Source of the DNA: a virus
Lineage: Duplodnaviria; Caudoviricetes
IMG/VR virus record: IMGVR_UViG_3300015050_001385
Coordinates: 1 to 48,392 of that record
Reading direction: 5' to 3' (one strand)
Length of the DNA: 48,392 nt
The translations under genes were made by a program, and so were the position numbers. The stretch's first letter is position 1. Each line of letters begins with the position of its first letter. Below the pieces are notes generated by a model. That model searched no databases and was not told the DNA's origin. It worked only from the letters and a program-made list of their open reading frames with translations. Below, piece after piece: positions 1 through 7,799 of the stretch.

Positions 1-123
1 CCGTAAATGCGCCCGCCCATGATCACACCTTCCAGGTTGCCGCTTTTCCAAGCAAGATCTCTTTCCTGAATGACTCGATGGCTGAGCCGCGCATGGCTTT
101 GCGGTTGCGGGTGAGCCACAACG
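1..123. repeat. Terminal direct repeat (copy 1), identical to 48270-48392; circular-assembly overlap
   Basis: ccgtaaatgc...gagccacaacg occurs at both ends; joining the ends places the HNH start codon directly after the ATPase stop. Confidence 0.95.
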
Positions 124-1114
124 GCAACGTTTCGTGCGGCTGCTCGACCCGCAGCGCAGGGTGGTTCTCCGCGCGGTAGCCTCGCGAGCCCGTGACTGTT
201 GCGTGGTAGCCCCCTCCACCAACGTACACCGTCATGCCTTGCGCCACCAGCGCCTTCAGCTCCATGTCGGTCTTGGCAATCACAGCGCCGGGGTGCTTCT
301 CGCGGAAGTGCTGGTAGCAAGCCTCCTTCACCATGTCGGGCGAGTCGTACTTGGCGTACTCCAGATCCGGGCATTCCTGCGCGATGAGGTCCGCGATCCG
401 CGCGTAGTCTTTGGTCTCGTACCACATGTTGCAAGTCAGCGCGGCCAGCTCCCAGCCGCTCACCGTCTGCCGATCGCGCTCTAGCCGAAGATTTTCTGGC
501 TTAACGTTGTAGCCGAACTCCATGTCGGTGTTGCAGATGAAAAGGCCACCGACGTAAAGCTCCTTCGGACGGTCGAGCAAAATGTCGCCAAGCGTGGTTT
601 GCTTGATGGCGCCAATGTCATCCTGCATGCGCAAGCAGCTTGCCACGATGTCTGAAACATCTTCTTTGCTCAAGCCTTCAATCTGGAACGTCAAGCCGTT
701 GTTCACCTTGTTGGGCAACTCCGTCTCGTCGATCACCAAAACCTCGCAGCCGAACCTGCGATTGAACCGGAAGCGCGGCTTCCAGAGCTTGTTGCCATTC
801 AACACACCAACCTCGTAGCCCATGCGCGTGAGGACCAGCAGCGCGATCTTGTAGCCTTCGCCGAAGGAGCCGATCGCGTCCTTGTCGTCTGCCTTGCTGG
901 TTGCCCCGAGTAACAGTGTCTGCGGGGAGAGCGTCGTGAACTCGCTGTTCAGGCGCAGGCCGAAAGTTTCGTTGTCTGCTGTGATGAACTCGTAGACGAA
1001 CGGAGATGCGCTGTCCAAGGCGTTCTGGATCAGCTCGCGGACGGCTTCCTTCATGCCCCAGCGGGACACGTACTCTTTCACAAGGCTCAGCTCGTAGGTG
1101 GTGGTTGCTTCCAT
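23..1114 (-). CDS. GHKL (HATPase_c/Hsp90-like) ATPase domain protein
   Basis: ELIQNALDS (ExxxNxxD), IGSFGEGYK (GxxGxG) and downstream GLTF motif; CAACTTA leader upstream. Confidence 0.75.
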   Translation of the reverse strand: MEATTTYELSLVKEYVSRWGMKEAVRELIQNALDSASPFVYEFITADNETFGLRLNSEFTTLSPQTLLLGATSKADDKDAIGSFGEGYKIALLVLTRMGYEVGVLNGNKLWKPRFRFNRRFGCEVLVIDETELPNKVNNGLTFQIEGLSKEDVSDIVASCLRMQDDIGAIKQTTLGDILLDRPKELYVGGLFICNTDMEFGYNVKPENLRLERDRQTVSGWELAALTCNMWYETKDYARIADLIAQECPDLEYAKYDSPDMVKEACYQHFREKHPGAVIAKTDMELKALVAQGMTVYVGGGGYHATVTGSRGYRAENHPALRVEQPHETLPLWLTRNRKAMRGSAIESFRKEILLGKAATWKV

Positions 1115-1144
1115 GGATTGCTTTCTGTATAAGTTGAGGTGTTT

Positions 1145-1855
1145 TTACGCGCCGTAAGGGATCACGGTGCCGGTGAGGAAGCGATGGTTGTCCTTGTTGC
1201 GCAGCAGGTAGGCCAGGAACTCGGCAACGGCTTGCGGTGGCGTTTCTTCACCGGCCAGCAGGCCTTGCAGTTGGTAGGCCTGAGCCTGCTCCTTGGTCCA
1301 GCCACGGGTCCGCACAACTTGTTCGTCGATATCGTCGCTCATGCCGGTGCCCTTGAGCTTGTTCGGTGCAATGCCGAAGACCGTGATGCCCCACTTGCGC
1401 GTCAATTCGCGGGCGAGCTGCAGCGTCATGATGTGAGCCGCGCCCTTGGAGGCGTTGTAGGCCAGCGAGCAGGTCATTGGCATGTGCGCGGCGTTGCTCA
1501 CCACATTGACGATGGTGCCCTTCGAGCGCGCGAGCATCGACAAGCAAACTTGGCTCATCTTGAAAATGCCTTTGGCGTTCACGTCCATCACCATGTCCCA
1601 CTGGGCCTCGCTGAAATTCTCGAGCCAGTCGATGATGTTGACGCCGGCACAATTGATCAACACGTCCAGCTCACCACAGCAAAGGTCTCTGACAAAAACT
1701 GAATTTGGTTGGCGAACATCCATGCGGCTGTCCGTGTCTCCGTCTTCTCCGATGCTTGTGTCAAATTCAATGACATTGTGACCAGCAGCCTTTAGAGCGT
1801 TTGCGATTGCCAGGCCAAGGCCGGAGTTGGATCCTGTGACAAGAATGTTGCTCAT
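1145..1855 (-). CDS. Short-chain dehydrogenase/reductase (classical SDR)
   Basis: TGSNSGLG Rossmann motif, INCAG, catalytic Ser (VVSNAA) and YNASK (YxxxK). Confidence 0.92.
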   Translation of the reverse strand: MSNILVTGSNSGLGLAIANALKAAGHNVIEFDTSIGEDGDTDSRMDVRQPNSVFVRDLCCGELDVLINCAGVNIIDWLENFSEAQWDMVMDVNAKGIFKMSQVCLSMLARSKGTIVNVVSNAAHMPMTCSLAYNASKGAAHIMTLQLARELTRKWGITVFGIAPNKLKGTGMSDDIDEQVVRTRGWTKEQAQAYQLQGLLAGEETPPQAVAEFLAYLLRNKDNHRFLTGTVIPYGA

Positions 1856-2049
1856 GATTTTCTTTCTGTGTTTTGCGCCTCAGCGCGGTTGTTGAAATTT
1901 TTCCAATCGAAGGCGTTGCCTTGCGACTTGGCCGTGCCGTCAGGCCACGTTTTCTGAATGTCATGGTCGTGAACGGCTTCGCCTTCAGACAACTTCCTTT
2001 TTGCGACAAACTGTCGGACCTCGCCCTTCATGAAGAAACGGGTTTTCAT
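1852..2049 (-). CDS. Hypothetical protein, 65 aa
   Basis: ATGA overlaps with both neighbours (translational coupling). Confidence 0.6.
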   Translation of the reverse strand: MKTRFFMKGEVRQFVAKRKLSEGEAVHDHDIQKTWPDGTAKSQGNAFDWKNFNNRAEAQNTERKS

Positions 2050-2465
2050 TTCTTCTCCAAAGAGTCGCGGTGCAGGATCGATTCGATCATGGCGCTGTAC
2101 ACGCCGTCGTCGTGGATCGAATCCATATGCGAGAGGTTGCTGATCGCGAACCGGCTGAGCTTCACCAGCTTCAGCTCGAACAGGTGCCAGTGATCGGACT
2201 CCACCAAGCCGGGCGGCACGCCGTCTGGGAACAAGACCTTCACGAGCTTGCTCACCATAAGGTAGTTGCTGCCGTAAACCTTGTTGCGCTCGTCGAAGGT
2301 GCCCGCCATCTCGCGCAGGATGTCGCCTGTCGTCTTTGGTTGGTTGACGACGAGCATGCTTGCTGGAGGACCTTTGTAGCCGAAGCTGACGCGTTTTGAA
2401 GGGTCTTCAAGCGTTTTGTCTTCGCCCTCTTGCTCAATGCGCTGCGATGTTTCTGATTGGGTCAT
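2046..2465 (-). CDS. DUF6378-like / all-alpha nucleotide pyrophosphatase-like protein (start uncertain)
   Basis: ERNKVYG...KLSRF...HMDSIHDDGVYSAM resembles the ER..YG / K..R / H.DS..D..GY pattern of phage DUF6378-type proteins. Confidence 0.55.
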   Translation of the reverse strand: MTQSETSQRIEQEGEDKTLEDPSKRVSFGYKGPPASMLVVNQPKTTGDILREMAGTFDERNKVYGSNYLMVSKLVKVLFPDGVPPGLVESDHWHLFELKLVKLSRFAISNLSHMDSIHDDGVYSAMIESILHRDSLEKK

Positions 2466-2949
2466 GGAATGCGTCCACAGAGTGAATGAAATGCCGTGTG
2501 GCGGGAATGCCATACGACGCGTACATGTCGACGACCCCTTGGTGGTCGTCGTAGGCCATCACGATGTCTTCTTTTTTGACACCGTAATTGTTGTTGGGGT
2601 CAAGCAGCCAATAAAGCTGCATGCGCTTCACGTCAGGGCTTGTTCCACGGTGGCCATTCGGGCGCATTAGCAGCTCGAAGCCCCTAACCTGCGCAACCTT
2701 GATGAGCCAGAATTCTGTCATTGCGCGGTAAAGAACTGGTCTGGCCGTCATGAAGATAACCCTGTCGCCAGACCATAATGGCAAAACATTTCCGTCCACA
2801 CCATCTGTAGCGCGTACAGCTTCATCGAAGCCTGACAACAAGTGGTAGTCGTGGTAGCGCTCGTCACCGTGCTTTTGCCAGTTGATCTTGGGGATGCGCC
2901 ACGCATCGTCTGCCAAGCAGTTGTCGATGTCGCAAATGGTGGTGCGCAT
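2434..2949 (-). CDS. HAD-superfamily phosphatase (PseT 3'-phosphatase-like, no kinase domain)
   Basis: Motif I CDIDNCL, motif II MTAR, LLMRP, motif IV AYDD...VVDMY. Confidence 0.85.
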   Translation of the reverse strand: MRTTICDIDNCLADDAWRIPKINWQKHGDERYHDYHLLSGFDEAVRATDGVDGNVLPLWSGDRVIFMTARPVLYRAMTEFWLIKVAQVRGFELLMRPNGHRGTSPDVKRMQLYWLLDPNNNYGVKKEDIVMAYDDHQGVVDMYASYGIPATRHFIHSVDAFHDPIRNIAAH

Positions 2950-3152
2950 TATTCTTCTGCCTCGACGATCGTGACTGAGCCAGGCTTGAAGAACGCGGCG
3001 ACCTTGTTGCAGGCGCGCTTCACATTGCCACGGTTGCTGTACGACTCAGCGCCGTCGGCAATGGTCTTGCCGTTCTTGGCCTTGAGTCGCCAGTACCAAA
3101 CACTTTTGATGTTGGTCTTGGTCGGGTGGCCATTGTAAAACTCGATGATCAT
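2949..3152 (-). CDS. YegP/DUF1508-family small protein
   Basis: WYWRLKAKNGKTIADGAESYSNRGN signature; AGGAG SD before ATG at 3152. Confidence 0.8.
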   Translation of the reverse strand: MIIEFYNGHPTKTNIKSVWYWRLKAKNGKTIADGAESYSNRGNVKRACNKVAAFFKPGSVTIVEAEE

Positions 3153-3165
3153 AAATGCTCCTTGG

Positions 3166-3429
3166 TTAAAATGGTGATTCGATGCTCGCGTGAACGCGCC
3201 AGTTAAAGGAGCGCCAGAGGGCAAGGCTCAATGCGCGTGATTTCAAAGGTCTGGATTTGCGCCTTTTGAAGGAATCTTTCAGCCAGTGACGGCGAAGTTG
3301 CATTGCTGTTCGGACAGGAACACCCTTCATTGAGCGGCGGTGCTTGAACATCTTCATCGACCGTTTGTATTCAAGCATGCATCCGCTTTGCGAGCGGAAG
3401 CGAGTTTTTGGAACTAAAAACAGGCCCAC
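3166..3429 (-). CDS. Basic hypothetical protein
   Basis: Fills the gap after the thyX-like stop; Arg/Lys-rich; no recognisable motif. Confidence 0.4.
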   Translation of the reverse strand: MGLFLVPKTRFRSQSGCMLEYKRSMKMFKHRRSMKGVPVRTAMQLRRHWLKDSFKRRKSRPLKSRALSLALWRSFNWRVHASIESPF

Positions 3430-3433
3430 AATG

Positions 3434-4150
3434 CTACCCCTTGCGCATCTTGTCGACGATCTTCAGCAGCTTGCCGCGCGTCAGCAGATCGGGGAAGTGC
3501 TCCTTGGCGAACGCCTCGATCTCAGCAAAGTAGTCGCGGCTCTTCGGGAAGAAGAAAGTCTCAGCCCATGGATGGACCTTCAATGCCTCGTCGAGCATCG
3601 CGTTGATAACACTTTGGTACTCGCCCTGCGTGCGGCCACCGGTGCGCGACCGAGCAAGCTCGGCCAGAGTCCGGAGGTTGAACTTGCAGACGATGTTGGT
3701 GGCGATGTTTGTCGGCAGGATCCCGCGCGCGTCCTCGGGCGGCACGCCAGCCCTGATGAGGTAGTTGTAGGTGTCCTTTATCGCGCGCAACACCTGGTCA
3801 ACGGCGACGCGCTCAATGATCTTTTCGTTCTTGAGCTTGCCGGTGTACACGTAATCGAACTCGCCCATGTCCAGGACGCGCATCGTCTGCTGGGCGTAGG
3901 ACGCCGCGCGGGTGCGGACCTGCTGGTGGGTGTAGGCGCGACTGACCCCTTCGACGAGGAAAGTGTAATCGCAAAACTCCCACGAGCTGGGGATGGTGTT
4001 CGCCATGTACTCAAGCTCGGCAAGTTTCTCTTCCGTCGGCATTGAGCGGATTTCTTCCAGCAAGCCAGGGCTCATGGTGAGCCGGGTGGCCTTGGTGAAC
4101 AGGAGAACGTCCATGGCGTCGGGGGTGACGCTGATGAGGGTGACTTTCAT
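3434..4150 (-). CDS. thyX: Flavin-dependent thymidylate synthase (ThyX)-like protein, divergent active site
   Basis: TFLVEGVSRAYTHQQVRTRAASYAQQTMR, EDARGILP, FNLRTL..L..SR....TQGE match the ThyX layout; ATG at 4150. Confidence 0.85.
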   Translation of the reverse strand: MKVTLISVTPDAMDVLLFTKATRLTMSPGLLEEIRSMPTEEKLAELEYMANTIPSSWEFCDYTFLVEGVSRAYTHQQVRTRAASYAQQTMRVLDMGEFDYVYTGKLKNEKIIERVAVDQVLRAIKDTYNYLIRAGVPPEDARGILPTNIATNIVCKFNLRTLAELARSRTGGRTQGEYQSVINAMLDEALKVHPWAETFFFPKSRDYFAEIEAFAKEHFPDLLTRGKLLKIVDKMRKG

Positions 4151-4229
4151 ATTTGGTCCAGGTTGAAAAATTGAAAGGACACGCGACGCCAAGGCTTGAA
4201 GCGCCAATAAGCGCCGCGCAGGTGTGTGA

Positions 4230-4301
4230 TCCTGCAACCGAGCCTGCCCCATTGCGCTTCATAGGCTGTTGCGCCTCTTATGAAGGCAGGCTTGGTCAGG
4301 A
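4230..4301 (-). promoter_or_regulatory. Long irregular RNA stem-loop in the thyX-like leader
   Basis: Nested pairings UCCUG/CAGGA, AGCCUGCC/GGCAGGCU, UUCAUA/UAUGAA, GGC/GCC. Confidence 0.5.
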
Positions 4302-4313
4302 GCCAATGCATTA

Positions 4314-4880
4314 TCAGGCCTCGGCTTTCTCGACCAACAGGAAGTTGTACTTCACGCCGTCGTGTTCCAAGCTGTTCTTGCCCTGAGCCTTCAGCTCCAT
4401 GCGGAACTTGATGTGGGTGCCGATCGGCAGGCCCAGAGCTTCGAACGCCGCCAGCGTGCTGCGGAAGGTTTGTAGCGTCTCGGTCTTTTTTCCTTCCTGA
4501 TACACCTCGACGCTGTGCCGGGCGCTGCGGGCGTTGTGCGTGGCCAGCACGGACCAGCTGCGACGGATGGAAGCGCTGCGGTCAGCAGGCAACTTGTCAG
4601 CCTTGAGCTTGGCGATGCGCTTCACGGCGACTTTCTTGGACACACCCTCAACGGTCGCCACGTGATCGGCAAGAGTCTTGGGCTTGGTCTGCTTCGCCTT
4701 CTCCAGCTTGGCCGCTGCTGCCATGGCCGGGTTTGCTGGCTTGCCTTCGGGCTTGCCGAGCAGCGCAGTTACTTGCTTCTCGCCAGCGGCACGGCTGGAG
4801 AATTTTTTGATGCTCTTGCCGGAGAGACGGTTGTACTCGGCGACGAGCTCGGCGGTAGTGGCTTTTTTGACGTCAAACAT
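4314..4880 (-). CDS. Lys/Ala-rich hypothetical protein, possibly DNA-binding
   Basis: 188-aa ORF with AGGAG SD; very basic composition. Confidence 0.7.
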   Translation of the reverse strand: MFDVKKATTAELVAEYNRLSGKSIKKFSSRAAGEKQVTALLGKPEGKPANPAMAAAAKLEKAKQTKPKTLADHVATVEGVSKKVAVKRIAKLKADKLPADRSASIRRSWSVLATHNARSARHSVEVYQEGKKTETLQTFRSTLAAFEALGLPIGTHIKFRMELKAQGKNSLEHDGVKYNFLLVEKAEA

Positions 4881-4907
4881 TTTGAAAACTCCTGGTGATG
4901 AAAGTGG

Positions 4908-5657
4908 TTAGTTGAGAAGAAGTTGCGAGCCGCCTGCGTTGGTCCCGAGGCCACGACGGTTGATGTCGACCTTGGAGCCGTCTGCGCGCCCACGGCTGAA
5001 GGCGCTGCTTTCTGAGACCTTGACGGTCTTTGCCTTGCCATAAGTGAATTCGCCAAAGTGCTCAGCCACGGCCTGCTGCTTGACAACCATCAGGCCGGTG
5101 CCCGTCGTCTTTGGTTGTTCTGCAACCTTGGCGTCCTTGGCTTTTTGCAGTGCTGAGTTCACGCGCGTCACAAAGCCGCTGCGGTAGCTATTGCTCTCGG
5201 CTTTGGTGCGGAAGGATTCCTTCTGGAAGGCGCGGCAGTTGCGGATCGTCACCGTGGTGAGATAGTCGAACATCCAGCCGCAAACTTGAACATCAGACTT
5301 GTAGCCGAAGAAGCGCACGCAAGCGCCAAGTTCACGGGTGAAGGCAAAGCGCACTTCGCAGTCGTTGAGTCGGGCGCAGCTGACTGCGAGCCATGAAGCC
5401 CAAGGCGGGACCTTCTCTGGCTTGTGGTCCTGGCCCTTTTTCATGGCCACGCATGCGTCCACGGTCTCGAAATTTTCTTTGTCCTTGAACTCGGCGCGGA
5501 CGATGTCCTCGTGGTCCAGCTGGTACTTGCGCATGATCTTTTCTGCCATGGCAGCGGCGTTGGCTGCTTCGGCAGAGTTGGCGCGGTCGTCGCCTGCGAT
5601 GGCGAGGAGCTTATTGACGCGGCGCATCACGCCTGCGAGATCTTCCTTTTCGTTCAT
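4908..5657 (-). CDS. DUF2786-domain protein
   Basis: N-terminal RRVNKLLAIA...EAANAAAMAEKIMRKYQL signature; AAGGA SD before ATG 5657. Confidence 0.8.
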   Translation of the reverse strand: MNEKEDLAGVMRRVNKLLAIAGDDRANSAEAANAAAMAEKIMRKYQLDHEDIVRAEFKDKENFETVDACVAMKKGQDHKPEKVPPWASWLAVSCARLNDCEVRFAFTRELGACVRFFGYKSDVQVCGWMFDYLTTVTIRNCRAFQKESFRTKAESNSYRSGFVTRVNSALQKAKDAKVAEQPKTTGTGLMVVKQQAVAEHFGEFTYGKAKTVKVSESSAFSRGRADGSKVDINRRGLGTNAGGSQLLLN

Positions 5658-5706
5658 GGCCAAATTCCTTTAAGTTGAAGCCTGTTCAAAATCGAACAGT
5701 AATTGA

Positions 5707-5735
5707 ATTATGCTCCACATTTTCTGTTTAGGCAA
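5707..5735 (-). promoter_or_regulatory. Sigma70-like promoter TTGCCT-17-CATAAT with AT-rich UP element
   Basis: Read from the reverse complement; near-identical copies at 6753 and 9187. Confidence 0.8.
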
Positions 5736-5755
5736 ATATATTTTAAAGTTCACTC

Positions 5756-5775
5756 AAAAGCCCAATAAAGGGCTT
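5756..5775 (-). terminator. Probable intrinsic terminator
   Basis: AAGCCC-tttatt-GGGCTT hairpin with a short T run, just after the 5793 stop. Confidence 0.5.
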
Positions 5776-5792
5776 CCGGCTGAGCTTTGCGC

Positions 5793-6635
5793 TTACTTCA
5801 GCGGAGGCAGGCCCAGGCGAGCGCGGACGATCGGGTCCGTGTAAGTCTGGCTGCTGGCCGCAGGCGCTGCTGCCGTGGTGGTCGTAGCAGGGGCTGCGGA
5901 GGTCTTCACGCCGGGGCAAGGGGTGCCAGCGGCTTCCATGGCCTTGGCGATCTCGGACTTCTGGCAAAGGCGAGCTTGAGCTGCCTTGGGCAGGCCGGCA
6001 GCGCGCAGTGCTTCAGCGTCGTAGCGGATGTCGCAATTGCCGTCGGTCCAGGTTCCGCCGATGCTCACGCCCCAACCAGCAGCTTGTGCGCCGCCAGAGG
6101 TAGAGCCCATGCAAGTACCATTGCTGGCGGCCAGCGGAGCAGCATAGGCCGTGCTGACCGGCGCGCGCTCTTGTGCTGCGTAGGTGTCGCCGCCGACAGA
6201 CACGCTGGTCGTGGCGTTGTTGCCTTCATTGGTCTGCTTGTTGCCGCCGGAGTAGGAGCCGCTGACGCTGGCCGAGTTGCCGCTGTTTTTCACGCCACTC
6301 GTGGAGCTTTGCGACTGGCCTTGGCTCTGGGATTGCCATTGCTGCTGGCCCTGGGCATTCAGGTTGCTGTTGGTGTTCGTATTTCGAATGTCGTTGCGGT
6401 TGGTGGCCGTTGCGTTGGCTTGCGCTGCGGCCAGAGCCGCTGCACCTGCCGTGGCCGAACCGCCCGCGCCGCCTTGACCACCGGCCCCGCCGTTACCACC
6501 ATTGCCGCCAGCGCCACCCGTGTTGCAGTTGTTGCCGCTATTGCCGCATGGGTTGGAAGGCTGGGTGGCCATCGCCAGAGCGGCAGACGCCATCAGGACT
6601 GCAGCGAAGATGCTGCTGATGATTTTCGATTTCAT
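5793..6635 (-). CDS. Secreted low-complexity (G/N/Q/S/A-rich) protein with signal peptide and Cys-containing C-terminal domain
   Basis: MKSKIISSIFAAVLMASAALAMA signal-like N-terminus; GGAGGNGG and QSQSQGQSQS tracts; six Cys. Confidence 0.75.
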   Translation of the reverse strand: MKSKIISSIFAAVLMASAALAMATQPSNPCGNSGNNCNTGGAGGNGGNGGAGGQGGAGGSATAGAAALAAAQANATATNRNDIRNTNTNSNLNAQGQQQWQSQSQGQSQSSTSGVKNSGNSASVSGSYSGGNKQTNEGNNATTSVSVGGDTYAAQERAPVSTAYAAPLAASNGTCMGSTSGGAQAAGWGVSIGGTWTDGNCDIRYDAEALRAAGLPKAAQARLCQKSEIAKAMEAAGTPCPGVKTSAAPATTTTAAAPAASSQTYTDPIVRARLGLPPLK

Positions 6636-6752
6636 GATAAGTTGTACCCTCAAAGTGCTCCCGGATCGCCGGGTCGATCTCAGCGGAATTGCTGAAAATG
6701 TTTTTGTTCAAGCGGACCTTGTAAGTTGAAGCCTGCCTAAACAGTGATTTGG

Positions 6753-6781
6753 ATTTTGCTCCACATTTTATAAAAAGGCAA
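6753..6781 (-). promoter_or_regulatory. Sigma70-like promoter TTGCCT-17-CAAAAT
   Basis: Shares AAAATATATTTGCCT and AAAATGTGGAGCA with the 5707 promoter. Confidence 0.8.
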
Positions 6782-6800
6782 ATATATTTTTATATGCGGA

Positions 6801-7259
6801 TCACACACCTGACAAAACGTCGCCAGCGCTGTTGTTGCCGAAGCGATCAATTTGGCCTCGATAAGCGTCCAGCCCTTTTGTCAACCTCGCAATCTCTTCA
6901 TTGTGGCTGATGAGCTGATTGTTCAGCCGCGCCATCTGCTCTTCGAGCGGGCGCTTCACTTCAGCCAACTCTTCGCGCAGCTTGCGGGCTTCTTCTTGCG
7001 CTGTTGTCAGGAGGCCGTCCTGCGCGCGGTGATATTCCAGCTCTTGCTCAATTGTCAGAAAGCCGCCCGAACCGTCCACCGGGTTGCTGAGCTTGGCGAA
7101 GGCGGTTGCGTTTTCGATGCAGCGTTGGCCTGTAAAACTTCCGATGACGCAACCGTCTTCAACAACGGTGATGCATCCGCGCTTCGGAACGACGCGACGG
7201 TGTTCAGCGGGCTTCACATCGAAGTTGCCGTTGCCCTGGTCGTTGTTGAAGTCGTTCAT
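6801..7259 (-). CDS. Hypothetical protein with C-terminal coiled coil
   Basis: AGGAG SD before ATG 7259; heptad-like EARKLREELAEVK segment. Confidence 0.7.
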   Translation of the reverse strand: MNDFNNDQGNGNFDVKPAEHRRVVPKRGCITVVEDGCVIGSFTGQRCIENATAFAKLSNPVDGSGGFLTIEQELEYHRAQDGLLTTAQEEARKLREELAEVKRPLEEQMARLNNQLISHNEEIARLTKGLDAYRGQIDRFGNNSAGDVLSGV

Positions 7260-7261
7260 GA

Positions 7262-7522
7262 TCAAACTCCTGTTCGTTGATGGTCTCGGATCTCTCCGAG
7301 CAGTGCGTTGAAGCCAATGCGGTGGCCGTCGAGCTTCCAGGTCTTCTTCCAGTTCTGAACCTGGCGGCACGGCTTGCGTTCGATGACGGCCCGGACGCTG
7401 AGCGGGCCAAACGTCCACGGGTCCGACTCGACAAGGCGGCTTTGGTTCTGGATCGCGAAGACCAGCGTTTGCGCCTGCAGGATTAGCAGCTCGTCTTCTG
7501 GGGTGAGGCCGAGCGTGATCAT
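7262..7522 (-). CDS. Hypothetical protein
   Basis: Coupled to the upstream ORF by an ATGA overlap. Confidence 0.6.
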   Translation of the reverse strand: MITLGLTPEDELLILQAQTLVFAIQNQSRLVESDPWTFGPLSVRAVIERKPCRQVQNWKKTWKLDGHRIGFNALLGEIRDHQRTGV

Positions 7523-7617
7523 TGGTCGACCCTCATTGCCCAGGCCAGCAGCAGGCCGACGATCGCGACGCCGTAGGTGACGGCCAGCACAACGGTGATT
7601 AAGACTTGCGGGCTCAT
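7519..7617 (-). CDS. Small single-pass membrane peptide (32 aa)
   Basis: MSPQVLITVVLAVTYGVAIVGLLLAWAMRVDQ; ATGA overlaps on both sides. Confidence 0.6.
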   Translation of the reverse strand: MSPQVLITVVLAVTYGVAIVGLLLAWAMRVDQ

Positions 7618-7799
7618 TTGGTTTCGTCCTTCAAAGCCAACCTCGCGGCTTTGCCTTCTTGATAAGCTTGCAGGTCGTCCAGACCGCCAACAAGCGCCCA
7701 AGGCCGATCGTCGAAGCCAGCGCTCCATGCGCCGGGGCATTTTTCTCGAAGAGGACTGAGCGGTTTTTGTGCGTTGGCAGAAGCCTGTTTGTCTTCCAT
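7614..7799 (-). CDS. Hypothetical protein
   Basis: GGAG SD and CAACTTA leader upstream. Confidence 0.6.
   Translation of the reverse strand: MEDKQASANAQKPLSPLREKCPGAWSAGFDDRPWALVGGLDDLQAYQEGKAARLALKDETK

Noticed and set aside
6300-6560. Short tandem repeats as a CRISPR array or VNTR
   Set aside because: They are codon-level repeats of the low-complexity protein; no repeat-spacer structure
4219-6811. 14-bp inverted match ggatcacacacctg between 4219-4232 and 6798-6811
   Set aside because: A few 14-mer matches are expected by chance in 48 kb; the match does not extend
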